The notes under the pieces are model-generated. The model had not been told where the DNA came from. It did not search any database and was given only the letters and a program-made list of their open reading frames with translations. A DNA stretch of 63,319 nucleotides, counting the filler, from Octopus bimaculoides (Eukaryota), in assembly GCF_001194135.2 (NCBI RefSeq). It is 6 parts of 6 records of this genome, joined end to end, with 100 filler letters (N's around TTAATTAATTAA, not from the genome) between each part and the next. Parts side by side here need not be neighbours in the genome. Positions count along the whole stretch, not along the records: positions 13,121 to 32,185 come from NC_068984.1; positions 32,286 to 49,914 come from NC_068989.1; 4 more parts are not named here. One strand, given 5' to 3'. Shown here in pieces: positions 23,940 through 37,277 of the stretch (position 1 is its first letter; every line of letters begins with the position of its first letter). Both the position numbers and the translations under genes were made by a program.

Positions 23940-23942
23940 TAT

Positions 23943-23998
<56 letters not shown>

Positions 23999-24153
23999 AG
24001 AGAGAGAGAGAGAGAAAAAGAGAGAGAGAGAAAAAGAGAGAGAGAGATAAAGAGAGAGAGAGAGAAAGAGAGAGAGAGAAAGAGAGAGAGAAAGAGAGAC
24101 AAACAGACAGATGGAGAAAGAGAGAGACATAAATAGATAGATACACACACAAG

Positions 24154-24235
<82 letters not shown>
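23940..24235. repeat. (GA)n/(TA)n compound microsatellite
   Basis: Direct inspection. Confidence 0.95.
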
Positions 24236-24238
<3 letters not shown>

Positions 24239-24446
24239 TCATTTTGACATTCACACCTTTTCAAGAGCTAGTAAAGAAAAAGAAACAGTTAAAATTGGAA
24301 ATTGGAATTGGGTTGAGAACATACTTTAATGCTAAAAGAGATAATCGGGATATGAAAGGTTAACAGAACTGATTACAGGAGTATTGAGAACTGATAGTGT
24401 TATGTGTTTAGAGTTTATTTTTTTAGAGTTGTTACTGGAGTGAAGT

Positions 24447-24990
24447 TGTTAAATGCATCATCATTTAATGTATGTTTTCCAAGCTGGCATGGGTTGGATA
24501 GTTTGATAGGAACTGGATAAATCAAAAGACTGCACCAAGCTCTGCTGTCTGTTTTGGCATGGTTTCTACAGTTTGATGCCCTTCCTAACATCAACCATTT
24601 TACAGAGTGTACTAGGTACTTTTTACATGGTGCCAGCAGCTGTGAGGTGGTCATCAAGTAACTTGCAAGATGACCCCTCAAGTAAGGTGGGGAGTTGTAT
24701 TGAAGGACAGAAAAATGTGGAAGCCCCAGGTGTGGAGAGAGAGAGAAAAGATGATGGTAATGAGACAGTGGAGGGTGGGGTCATCCCCTCCATCCCACCC
24801 AAGTTACAAGGAGGTTTATATAGTGAAGTGGACCAGGGGATTGTAAAGGATGAGTGGGTGCATGGATGGGTGAGTAAGTTCATGAGATTGTCAAAAGAGA
24901 GTAGAGTATAGAGGGTGGATGGAATGCAGTGTGACAGATAGGGGGAGCGGGTATCAAGAGGAGGTTTTGAACAGAAGGTTTTAGTAAATT
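24447..24990 (-). mobile_element. RTE-like LINE 3' UTR fragment
   Basis: Minus strand carries GGTTGATGTTAGGAAGGGCATCAAACTGTAGAAACCATGCC and ends TTAAATGATGATG, like 59660-60100. Confidence 0.65.
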
Positions 24991-26162
24991 ACCAAAATAT
25001 AGAAATATTTGCAATGAACAAAAGATAGGCTGGATTGACTCTCTTTGGAAAGGTTATGTCAGAGTACGCACCCCAGAAACTAGATTACTTTCACCTGTCT
25101 CTAGATTCATTGATCTTGCTCTGTGTTTTCTCAATCTAAGAACAAGTGACAGGTATCAAATATATAATAAAAGAGGATGGCCTTTATGTGGTAATTCAAT
25201 CTGCCAGAAATAACAAACAAATCTCTCTCAAATCACACTTTATTGTGTTAGAAAAAAAAAGGCATTAGATACAAAAGTCTTAGATCCACACTTTTGATAC
25301 CAACTTGTCTGAAACTGGTTTTGGGTCTATGATACAAATTCCTTGTTTTAAAGTGATCTAAATTAAAACATTCCATCAAGATTTTGTGCTCATTTCTGAT
25401 CTAAACACCAGCTTATTATCAATGACAAAGTTAGTTTAATAAATTTTTAATTATTTTCAAAATCAATTAAAACAAAGGTATTTTATTTCAATAGAAATAT
25501 AGTAACAAAAGGGTTAAAAGGTGAGCTGGTAACAGCTGGAATACCTTTGATCGTAGGCCTGCTCATTCAGGGGTCAAACAATAACACAAAGAGCCTATTA
25601 TATAAAAGAAACAGAGACTATTAATTCCAAGCTACTTAAATGTGATAGAAAATGCCTATTGAACTTCAGAGTATATATCCCCACACATCAAATATCTCCA
25701 AGATGTCATTATCCATCCCTATGTGTTTAGAAAGAAAAGAGATTATTTAACTTTATAGAAGAATGATTCTGATGGAAAGAAAATGAGCTAAGTGGGCATT
25801 GTATTGGCTTGTAAACTGAAAGCTGCTGCAAATATTTCATTTTATTTTAGAGGCGGTATACTTTGGTTTACATGTGTTAGTGAGAGAGTCACTATATGGT
25901 CATTCATCTTGCTAAAAATAGCAGCCAAATTTCTCTCAAATCAATGACATTTTATCATTGTCAAAAAAAAAAAAAAAGAGAAAGCCACATTAGTTAATAT
26001 AGTCTACAGGATATTATGCTTCAAAAAAGTGGGACAGTTATAGCTAGAATGTCTAAGATTCTAGCTATAACTGTCTACTTTGTTGATGCTGAATTGGGAC
26101 TAAGCAACAATAAAAACAGCAATAACGATAATAGTAGCAACAACTTCATTATTCTAATTTAG

Positions 26163-26390
26163 TTAATCTTTTAGCATTCACATTATTCTGTCGAAAGTAA
26201 TGCTTAATTATTTACGTTTTAAACTAATCTTGCATTACCTTGTAACATTGAGATTTTGATGATGTGATTATTTATTTTTTAGAATAACATTGTAGGGTAG
26301 GTATGAGAGAATGAATTTGGCCAGTTTGAACATAAAACAGGTAGAATATTTTGGGCTGGTTATAGCCAGTTTACATGTTAAAAAAGTTAA
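26163..26390. mobile_element. TTAA-flanked MITE (same family as 20691-21266)
   Basis: TTAA..TTAGCATTCA..ATTGTAGGGTAGG..TTTGAACATAAAACAG..TTAA. Confidence 0.65.
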
Positions 26391-26589
26391 TCCTAATCTT
26401 GTAAAAATTCTCCTCACTTTCACTTCTTTCTTTTGACAAAAGAAACATCTTTACTTTATTAGAACATTTAAATACAAAGAATAGGAAAGAAGAGAGACAA
26501 GAAAGGAAAAGAAAAAAGGTGGGGAGTGGGGGGTAAAGCAGCTGAAGATGGAGGGAAGAGGGGGCGGTGGACCTCATAGCCCAGAACAA

Positions 26590-26800
26590 ATGATGTGCTC
26601 AGCTGTGACATGCAGTCCTGACCATAATGATGTTTTTCCAATGAGTCACCATTATCCCTATTTTGTGGAGGAAATCAGTAGTACAGGGTTCAGCACACCT
26701 GATATCTCGACGCAACTGATAGCAACTGGCCAAGCCCCTGTATTTATTGATTTTTCTCTCCTCCACATTACAAACAGCATCATCTGGGTTCACTTCTTGA
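26590..26800 (-). mobile_element. Possible decayed RLE-type (CRE-like) non-LTR C-terminal remnant
   Basis: Frameshifted AVCNVEERKINKYRGL / EISGVL / DFLHKIG resembles an RLE C-terminus; weak. Confidence 0.35.
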
Positions 26801-27394
26801 AATGCTAAATCTTAGTCATACTTTTAAAAAGTCCCTTGGAAACTTAGAAACCTGACCCATTAAAGTAGCAAATTAACAAGAGTAGCAAAGTTGGCTAAAT
26901 TAGTGAACTGGCTGAGTTGTTAGAGCATTTGGTAGAATGCCTTGTGATGCTATTTGTTCTGACCCTTTACACTTTAAGTTCAAATCTCACCAAGGTCAAC
27001 ATTGCCTTCCATCCTTTCAGGGTTGATAAAATAATGAACCAATTGAGGGCTGTGTACTGGTGGAATTGTAAGAATATTAGTCTGGACATCTTATAGTATT
27101 TACTCCAGTTCTTTGTGTTCTGAGCTCAAATCCCACCTTGGTCTACATGCTTCACAAACTTTAATAATTCTCTCAGTTTAACACCATCACCACCACCTGG
27201 CACCTTCGGTGCTTTTAGTGGAGTCCACTGTGTTGCTAGCATTCAGACAAGGTCTCCTTCCTTCCATCTATCTCATGGTCTCTGTAAATGTCATAGGTAC
27301 TGACTTTCCTCAAAACTAAAAATATAAAACAAAAACAAAAAAAGCATTCAACTTTACATAAGCTGATGGAAACACCTAAGGAACTGACACAAGC

Positions 27395-27425
<31 letters not shown>

Positions 27426-27550
27426 TTCATCACCATCTACCACCATCACCATCAACTCCACTACCACCATCATCTCCACCACCACCATCATCTCCACCAC
27501 CATCATCATCTCTACCACCATCATCATCATCATCAGCAGCAGCAGCAGCC
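27395..27550. repeat. (CAT)/(CAC)/(CAG) trinucleotide repeat
   Basis: Direct inspection; source of the poly-His and poly-Met ORFs. Confidence 0.9.
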
Positions 27551-28295
27551 GCATCAATTGTTATCATCAACATTATGTTTTGAGAAATTATGAATATTCC
27601 TATGATAGAATATAAATAGAATTCTGTATATTTGCACTGAGAAGTTCTATTTTTAAAAATCTACTCTGTACAAATACAACAGACCAAATATCATATTATT
27701 AAATTAAGGACACAAAATGTATGCTCTATTATGGTGGGGTTAGCTGGCAATGAATGTTCTATCTGTTGTCTTGAAGAAGGAGAACATACATAGAAAATTA
27801 TGATGTAACCTATAGCCTTTTCTAACCTGATTATAGATTTTCATTCATAAAATCTTGGTTCACTAGATTCTGTTACAAAAGCTTATGAAGTAACCTAGAA
27901 ATACAGGAGTTCTGTAGAAATGAATAGGAAAGACTGACTTTCTTATAAGGCTATTCAACAAATGGAACAGTAAAAATTTGTAAATCATTCTCCATTTAAT
28001 TTCACATTCATCTATTGTATGCATTCATGCAGAAGTATATAAATACCAAGAACTGCCTTAACCCTAGTATTAGGAATTTTATTAGCAATCATATTCTGTT
28101 GCACAAAAAAAAGGAAAAACAAAAAAAAACATGAAATATATATTAAAATATATATAATAGCAGTTAAATTTCATGACTTTAGTTGTAATTTTTTTTTTAT
28201 TTCAGTAAGCAGCTAGCATACCTTTCTACCTTCTGATTATTTCCTTCTTAAGATCTGCATTTATGTGTTGACAAAAATTTGCCAACTCACTCAAT

Positions 28296-28327
<32 letters not shown>

Positions 28328-28350
28328 CATACATGCATACATACATACAT

Positions 28351-30855
28351 AGCAGCTGAGAAGAAGGGAGTCTGGGGATGTGCTGAGCAATTGTTAATCA
28401 ACAAAACTGTAATGTCAGAGGTGCGGGAGCATAGCAGGAACCTAGTTTCAATGTGGCTAGAGTACAAGAAAGCGTTCGACTAGCATAGTCAAAGTCATAG
28501 TTGACCTGACTTCATTGTGGGCCACCATCTTGAAATTAAACACAAGGAGTGACTGTGTTTTCACTGATAGAATACAGTATCACAGAGGCATATTCCAAGG
28601 GGACACCTTTTCTGTGATGATGTTTATACTTTCTGTAAACCCCTCGTCATTCATATTAAGGAAGTCTGAAGGGTATCTCACTGGTTCACAAGGAAACAGA
28701 AATACCAAAATTACACACTGTTTCTTTGATGGATGACTTGAAACTATATGCAAAGAATATGCACGTGTAGGAAAGTGGTTATACACCATTAGGTGTATAC
28801 CCGCTTCCGTACATTAAATTTCTAGAAGAAACAACGGGACGCAGATTCTGAACTATCAACACAATATTTATTTACAGAGGAAATAGGCAGCACTTCGCCC
28901 TTTGGTTGCTGAGACGCCGTCAATGATGTTGAGTGGTTATTTGTCTCGCTCCAGAGTTGGAATGTTGGAGAGAGCTGTCTCCAGAGTTGGAATGTTGGAG
29001 AGAGGCTGCTTGACGACGTCCTGGCTCTTCGCCGGCCGGCCGAGAAAGAGGATGATAGAAGTGGGAATGTTTTGGATATCGATGACTACGTATGCGCATG
29101 AGACTCTTCCTGTGTTCCTTCCGGAACTAGTCCCTGCGCATGCGTGGATCAGCTTTCTGGAAATGTTGTCTGCTATTAAAAGTGTCACTACACATGAAAT
29201 GAATTTAGGGTTGGAGTTTGGTCAGGATAAATGTTGCTATATGGTTGTGAAAAGAGGAAAAACTGTAAGCTAGACTAGCAACATCATCAATGACTTAACA
29301 GTTTCCCCTATATCTGATGAGGAATGTTACAGGTATCTAGGGGTGGACGAAAACATATCTTATAATGGCACCTGTAACAAAACACATGACATTAAAGAAT
29401 ATTACAGCCAAATAAAGAAAATTTGGACCTCAGAACTCACTGTATTCAATAAAACAGTGGCCCACAATGTGTTTGCAGTGCCAGTACTCATACCAACATT
29501 TGGACTGCTTGATTGGACGCTCGATGAGATCCAGGCCATTGATGTGAAAACCCCAAAAATACTAACAAGCACACATAATTTCCACATAAACAATGACAGA
29601 CTGCCTCTACCTAAAATGAAAACAAGGCAGTAGAGGTTTAACATTACTCCAAAATGCCTTTGAATGTTGTATCATATCTCTTTGGCAACATCTTTTAACC
29701 ACCACATGTATAAGTGCATCCCTTGACCAAGCTTACATACATGAGGCCGATAACATCATAAGACTTGGAAGGCAGCTCCTTGAGCAGCATTCCTTATCTG
29801 ATAACCTAAAATATGTACCCAAAGAAGTTGCGCGACTCTTCTGCAACATATCATCAGATGAAAGGATGATCGTATATGAGCAGAAGACTATGCATGGATA
29901 TGTTAGTAGAAACCTCTGAGATGATAGTAACATTGGCCATCAAAGCAGTCTATCATGGACCAACAACCAGATTACTACCTTCCACTGTGAAGAGTATGTG
30001 TTTGCAAATCCAGCTACAGGAAATATCAACCTGATGCACAGAAATGCAGGAAAAGCAGTAAAATGTGACAACTAATGCAGACTTTGTGAAGTTAACACCA
30101 AAGATATCACCCACATCATAAGCAGTTGTCCGAAAATGTCATCACAGCATTATCTACCAATGAGACATGATGTTGTAGCTAGGACACTGTATAATGGGAT
30201 CCATTGAAAGTATAACCCTGAGAACAGAGAAATAAGAACCCACAGTATGGTAGAAGCCATAGTCACTCATAATAAAAAGGAGTACTAGTGGAATGTTCCA
30301 GTGAAAACCTAAATAAAATGCAAACACAATAAACCTGATATAATGATTTGGGATAGAGAAGAGAAACTATGTACAGCTGTGGAAATTAGCTATCCAGCTG
30401 ATGTTAACATAAATCTAAAGATCAGGGAAAAAGCGAATACCTACACTGAACTATTAAGACAAAAAGTTCAGGTTTATACCTGTAATTATTGGAGCATTGG
30501 AATATGTATCACACTGCCTAAATACCAATCTTGAGAAATTAGGCTTCTCAAAACCGGAAAGGAGAAAGCTAATTCAAAGAATACACATCCAATCCATCAC
30601 TGGAACTGTAAAAATCTGTATAACTTTCGAGAAGTTTATCATTTAAGTATATATGAGCATGTCTAGATATGCAACTATATGCATGAGAATGCATACATAA
30701 AACAAAACATACAAATCTGTACAAATACATACATGCATGCAAACAAAAATACGCTGTTGTTGATGTTGAAATTCCAAGGAAGGAGCCTTGGATGTAGGTT
30801 AGAAACCAGCTCTTTCTCTATTGGCAAGAAATCTTGAAATAATACTGAATAATGA
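28351..30855 (+). mobile_element. R4/Dong-clade non-LTR retrotransposon, 5'-truncated and degraded
   Basis: RT motifs EQLLIN, WLEYKKAFD, RGIFQGD, MDDLKLY; zinc finger CRLCEVNTKDITHIISSC; endonuclease KHNKPDIMIWD..VEISYP; many stops; (CATA)n on both sides. Confidence 0.85.
28766..29192 (-). mobile_element. Solo LTR (Gypsy-like) nested in the R4-like RT
   Basis: TGTAG..CTACA termini, 4-bp flanks CACG/CATG, AATAAA on the minus strand; removing it rejoins YAKNMHEM..GLEFGQDKC. Confidence 0.8.
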
Positions 30856-30869
30856 CATACATACATATG

Positions 30870-31020
30870 TACACACACAAAAGGCTTCTTTCAGTTTCAT
30901 TCTACTAAATCCACTCAAGACTTTGGTTGACTCAGGGCAATAGCAGAAGACACTTCCCAAGATTTCATACGTAGAAATTGAACTCAAATTTACATGGTTG
31001 GTAAGCATACTTCTTAAACA
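30870..31020 (-). mobile_element. Family A SINE 5' half
   Basis: Reverse complement GGCTTCTTTCAGTTTC..GCAGAAGACACTTCCCAAG. Confidence 0.7.
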
Positions 31021-31190
31021 CTAACTTAACTGTCTGTTTTCATTCAGATAGCTTTCCAGAGTAATTAACCTCCGTGATTTAAAATCAATTATACAATTAC
31101 CAATTCTGAAGACTCTTTACATGCAATATTGGTCAATACTATTCAATCAATTCTAAAAAAATAAAAAATAAAAATAATAAAAAAAAAATT

Positions 31191-31199
<9 letters not shown>

Positions 31200-31221
<22 letters not shown>

Positions 31222-31289
31222 GAAAAGAAAAGAAAAGAAAAGAAAAGAAAAGAAAAGAAAAGAAAAGAAAAGAAAAGAAAAGAAAAGAA

Positions 31290-31353
<64 letters not shown>

Positions 31354-31358
31354 AAAAC
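31200..31358. repeat. (GAAAA)n followed by (GAAA)n
   Basis: Direct inspection. Confidence 0.95.
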
Positions 31359-31602
31359 AATTCTATTCTAATAAATAAGCCATTTTATTAACATATCCAA
31401 TTTAGATGATTTTATGCTGTTACTATTTTTCTTTAACCCCATAACAACACTGATTAAGCAGACTTATGTTCAGAACACTCCATCTATGTCCATCCTGTCT
31501 TCATTTGTCGCCGAAGTGTTTCTAGGACTACAATATTTAATATAGCCCTACTTGTGCATCACCTCTTCTCACTGTCAAAGTAAATTTCTTTTCCAAAGAC
31601 AC

Positions 31603-31800
31603 ATATGTGGCTGTGTAGTGGTGGACATGGCTACATGATAAGAAGTTTGCTTCTCAACCACATAGTTCTGGGTTCAGTCTTACTGTGTGGTACTTTGGAC
31701 AAGTGTCTTCTACTACAGCCCTGGACCCACTCGAACCTTGTGATTGGATTTGGTAGACAGAAACTGAAAGAAGCCTGTCATGTGTGTGTGTGTACGTGTG
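31603..31800 (+). mobile_element. Family A SINE 5' half
   Basis: CAACCACATAGTTCTGGGTTCAGTC..GAAACTGAAAGAAGCC. Confidence 0.75.
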
Positions 31801-31824
31801 CACGTGTGTGTATGTGTGCCATTG

Positions 31825-32185
31825 AAACCATGGACTTGTGTGCTGCAGTATTGTTCTGATGAAACAAGACCCCATCTGTTAGTTTTCCTGGGCATTTGGT
31901 CTTGATAGCTTTTCATAACTGCCTCAGCAAGTTGGCATAGTACTCCCCATTGATTCTGTGACCCTTTTCAACAACTTAATAAGCATAATGCCTTTTGCAT
32001 CTGAAAAAACTGAGGCCATTACCTTCACTGCAGATAAAACACTCTTTCTAACCTGTTCTTTGGAGAAGGTTAGGAGTATTTCCACTGCATGAATTGCCTT
32101 TTTGTCTCTGGCTCAAAGTGATGAACCAAACACTCCTCTTGGGTCAAAAAATGTTCAAGAAAACCAGCTAGATCCTTTCTAATAT
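31825..32185 (-). mobile_element. mariner transposase remnant (catalytic region), cut by a gap
   Basis: FLTQEECLVHHFEPETKRQFMQWK..GVLFHQNN, frameshifted. Confidence 0.8.
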
Positions 32186-32285
32186 NNNNNNNNNNNNNNN
32201 NNNNNNNNNNNNNNNNNNNNNNNNNNNNNTTAATTAATTAANNNNNNNNNNNNNNNNNNNNNNNNNNNNNNNNNNNNNNNNNNNN
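32186..32285. other. Scaffold-join gap with artificial spacer
   Basis: 44 N + TTAATTAATTAA + 44 N. Confidence 0.95.
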
Positions 32286-32704
32286 ATATATATATATATA
32301 TATAATATGTATATATTTATATATATGTACACATACATAAATACGTATATACATGTATATATATATGTATATCATTATTATATATTATATATCTATGCAC
32401 ACTAAAATTTAATATGTGATTGTGTGCGTGTGCATATGTGTATGTACGTGTATGAATGCATTTAAAACAGACTTGAGGAGAGAGAGAAAGAGAGAGAGAG
32501 ACAGAGTAAGAGCGTGATAAAATTGACCCAGCGCAATTCCTTATAACAAAGCCACGATAAATACGTCTGTCTGTCCGTATGAAGAAAATACTTCAAAGGG
32601 AATCTTCTAAAGAATATTATGGTACAAATTTTATTTATTCATCAGCAAAGATAAAACGAAGCCCGGTTAAAACCATTAGTTAGCGAATAATCTGATCATT
32701 ACGA

Positions 32705-32726
32705 CCGTTATTATTATTATTATTAT

Positions 32727-32791
<65 letters not shown>

Positions 32792-32990
32792 TCATCATCA
32801 TCATCATCATCATCATCATTATTATTATCATTATTAGTATTATTATTATGTTCTACTAGTAGTAGTAGTAGTAGTAGTAGTAGTAATTATTTCAATATCT
32901 TATATTGCAAATGTTTTTGTTGTTGTTGTTGTTGTTGATGATGTTGTTTTTGATGTTATTGTTGTTACTGTTGTCATTGTTGTTGTTTAC
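32705..32990. repeat. Compound (TTA)/(TAG)/(CAT)/(TTG) repeats
   Basis: Direct inspection. Confidence 0.9.
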
Positions 32991-34429
32991 ATCTTTTATT
33001 AAAGATGCTTTCATCCTAGATTTTCATGTTCCAGACATTCGATTTTGAGTTTTGTATATCATGTTTTAATTTTTTTTTTTCCTTTTACTTTTTGTTAATA
33101 CTTTAGATTTTGTGTGTTTGTGTGAGTGTTTTTTTGTGTGTTTATATGTGCGCGTCTATTTTTTCTTTACGATTTCTTAGTTGTTTTTATTTCTTTAGTT
33201 TTTTTTCTTTTTTAAATTGATTTTACCAAATCTCTAGTGAACATCATGATAATATTGATTGAATTTCTTATTGTACACTACCTACCTTGCTTTTGATGTG
33301 ACATACAAGACGAACATTGATACATATAGGCGCGAAAGTACATACATAAACATATACATAACTACATAGGTATACAAGCGAACATACATACATCCATACG
33401 TATACATATGTATATGTGCGTGTGTTTGTGTACGTATGTGTGTACACACACACACACACACACACGTATATATATATATATATATATATAGTAGAATATA
33501 AAAATATATATATTCTCATAAGTATATGTTCTCGTATATATACACACATGACGCGTCTACAAATGTACCTACACCTACATACATGCCAGTAGATAAATAA
33601 GTAGCTGTATACATCTATTTTATTTTGCAATGTGTGGGTGTGTGTCTGTGCAGAGGTGCATATATGTATGTGCTTTTTGTGTGTTTGTATTAATGTATCT
33701 TTGCAGATATATTAACAAATATTTCGGTGTATTACCAGCAAAGACCATATTTCTAAAAAATCTATCCCTCTATTATCTATTGTGAGTACCTTAAAAACCT
33801 AATAGGCATACGTATATATGTATAAACTACATATACATACACATACACGTGCAGACAAGATGCTCTATATGCAATAGTTAATCTAAACGATATTTACGAT
33901 ATTCATATAGTATACTCCTGCACGATATCCTTTTTCTTTCATACTACATGTATACACACAGTCAACATGAATAGGCGCATACTTAGAGCGGGTGACTTCA
34001 TTGGATACGCGATGGCTACTGTCTTTGTTGATGTTCCAACTATCTACCTTGTCTAATAAGTGGTTATTCTTCTGGCTATATTCATTGAAAAAACGTTTTT
34101 GTTCATGATTGTAACGATACCCATCTCCAATCTATTTTCACTATGCACCACATACCACATTTGTGTGGATGCCGGCGACATGAAAAACATCGGAGACCTG
34201 AAGAAAAATAACAACGGTAAATGTTTAAACAGATTGATGTTGGTTATAGTTTAAAAAACAAAATACGAAATTATAAAATATATAAAGGGGTGTCTTTTTA
34301 AAGTTTGTATTTAATTAGAGGATGGCAATTCTTCGTGTCTGAAGGTCATGAAGAAGAACGGCATGCCTGCAGGTGGCTATGTAAACCGATCCTTGGACGA
34401 CAGGCTCTGGAGCACTTGAGGCAAATTGT

Positions 34430-34813
34430 TGTTGGCACTCCGTCGCTTACGACGTCGAGGGTTCCACTTGATCCGATCAATGGAAAAACCTGCTCGTGAA
34501 ATTAATGTGCAAGTGGCTGAGTACTCCACAGACACGTGTACCCTTAACGTAGTTCTCGGGGATATTCAGCGTGGTACAGTGTGACAAGGCTGGCCCTTTG
34601 AATTACAGGCACAACAGAAACAGGAAGTAAGAGCGAGAGAAAGTTCTGGTGAAAGAGTACAGCAGGGTTCGCCACCATCCCCTGCCGGAGCCTCGTGGAA
34701 CTTTTTAGGTGTTTTCGCTCAATAAACACTCTCCACGCCCGGTCTGGGAATCGAAACCGCGATCCTATGATCGTGAGTCCGCTTCCTTAACCGCTGGGCC
34801 ATTGCGCCTTCAC
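34430..34813 (-). mobile_element. Family B SINE, full length
   Basis: Near-exact reverse complement of 44683-45069. Confidence 0.9.
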
Positions 34814-35670
34814 TTGAGGCAAATATGTCTTCTTGCATGCGCTTAGTGGCTTTAAAGTGACAGTCAGTCCGCGCAATCTGTTTCTACTCTTTCGGTTGAA
34901 GGTCTGACCGCATTGGCGCAGCTGGCTAAGAGAGCTCCAGGGACCAGTAAGCTGTACGTTTTACATAGGAATGACGTTCTCTTGGTGAATTGCTTTACAG
35001 AGCTGGATAACTCCACCTACCCTGGCAATAATAGAATATTTAATTCCTATACAACAGCTAACGATATACACCTGATGGCTATACGTGTAGAAAGGGACAG
35101 TATAACGACAGTCTCTGGCGTATTTCAGGAAAATATTGTCTTGCATGTGCTTAGTGGTTTTAAAGTGATAGTCAGTCACTTTAAAACCAGCAAGAACTCC
35201 ACCTACCCTGGCTATAATGACATATATGATTATATACAACAGCAAACGATATCACTCTGATGCCTATACGAATAGAAAGGGAATATACTACGACTAACTT
35301 CAGCCAATGTTGTATTATTTCGCAACAAAACAATAACGCCTCAGCAAAATTTGTTGAACATAAGATCAGTCCAGAGATTAAATATCAGAAATTTTCCTTT
35401 GAACACCCATGACCATAACATTGTAACTGCAACGATGTTACCTCGCCGTAAAGCTGACTACCCTTTTTTTGTTGCTATTGACTATAACAACTGCCACGAT
35501 AAGTATGTTATGAGCAGCAAAAGCGAAAATATATAAGCAAATGGTATGTATTAATAATTAAATGCTTCACTAAGGCATTATTTTCGCTAGAAAACATACA
35601 TTAGTGGTTATCATTGGTAAAATATCTTACTCAGTTGACGTGACTGCGACCAGCGACATTAGTGGGTTAA

Positions 35671-36829
35671 TATTTACTACAGATAAAGCGGCGAGCTGGC
35701 AGAAACGTTAGCACGCCAGGTGAAATGCTTAGCGGTATTTCGTCTGCCGTTACGTTCTGAGCTCAAATTCAGCCGACTTTGCCATTCATCCTTTCGGGGT
35801 CGATAAATTAAGTACCAGTTACGCACTGGGGTCGATGTAATCGACTTAATCTCCTTGTCTGTCCTTATTTGTCCCCTCAATGTTTAGCCCCTTGTGGGCA
35901 ATAAAGAAATAAGAAACGTTAGCGTGCAGGGTGACATGCTTAGCAGTATTTCGTGTCTTTATGTTCTGAGTTCAAATTCCACCAACGTCGACTTTGCCTT
36001 TCATCCTTTCGGTTTGATAAATTAAGCACCAATTGCATCCTGGGGTCGATCTAATCGACTAGTCCCCTCCCCCAAAATTTCGAGCCTTGTGCCTAGAGGA
36101 GAAAAGAATGTTTACTACAGATAAAGCGGCGAGCTGGCAGAAACGTTAGCATACCAGGTAAAATGCTTAGCGGTATTTCGTCTGTCTTTACATCCTGAGT
36201 TCAAATTCTGCCGAGGTCGACTTTGCCTTTCATCCTTTCGAGGTCGATAAATTAAGTACCAGGTACGTACTGGGTCGATATAATCGACTTTGTCCTTGTT
36301 TGTCCCTTGTATGTTTAGCCCTCCCTCCCCCCTGTGGGCAATAAGGAAATAAATATTTACTACAGATAAGGTGTCCAGCTGGCAGAAACGTTAGCACGCC
36401 GGGCGAAATGCTTAGTGGTATTTCGTCTACTGTTACATTCTGAGTTCAAATTCCACCGAGGTCGACTTTGCCTTTCATCCATTCGGGATCGATAAATTAA
36501 GTACCAGTTACGCACTGGGGTCGATGTAATCGACTTAATCGCCTTGTCTGTCTTTGTTTGTCCCTTCTATGTAGGCAATAAAGAAATAAGAAATGTATCC
36601 TTGTGGGCAATAAAGAAATAAGAAATATTAGCGTGCCGGGCGAAATGCTTAGCGGTATTTCGCCTGTCTTTACGTTCTGAGTTCAAATTCCGCCGAGAAC
36701 GACTATCCCTTTTATCCATTCGGGGTCGATAAATTAAGTATCAGTTATGTACTGGGTTCGATCTAATCGACTTGCCCCCTCCCCCAAAATTCGAGTATTG
36801 TGCCTAGAGTAGAAAAGAATATTTACTAC
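35671..36829 (+). mobile_element. Head-to-tail array of five family C (Meta-domain-like) SINEs
   Basis: Units start at about 35686, 35912, 36124, 36369 and 36621; each has GCCTTTCATCCTTTCGGGGTCGATAAATTAAGTACC-like sequence. Confidence 0.9.
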
Positions 36830-37246
36830 GGATGTCATTTTGTCAAATAAACTACCTATTTATTTTCCCTTTCTAAAACAGTAAAGCAGCATCTGGAAAG
36901 TAGTAAAGAAGTAAACGAAGAAGGCAACACATAATTCCATCATGAATTTAGAATAGAAATAGAGAAAATAACGATGATGGATAGAAAATCAACAAACAGA
37001 AACAAATAAGTTGCAACAATTCTTTTCAAAATTTGAGAAATGAAATAGAGAAAACTATGGAGATATTAAAATGATTTCACTTGAATAAAAATTAATCAAA
37101 CTGAAATGGATAGCCATCAATGAAAGAATTTTACACTGAACAGGGTAATATTTAACATAGAATTTAGACAAAATCAATCAGTAAAGTACAGAGATCTGCG
37201 AGGAATCAATAAATACCAGACCAAGATACAGGCAAATATTTCTGCC

Positions 37247-37277
<31 letters not shown>

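Noticed and set aside
27236-27593. Poly-His and poly-Met ORFs as a metal-binding protein
   Set aside because: Pure (CAT/CAC)n expansion with no flanking coding signal.
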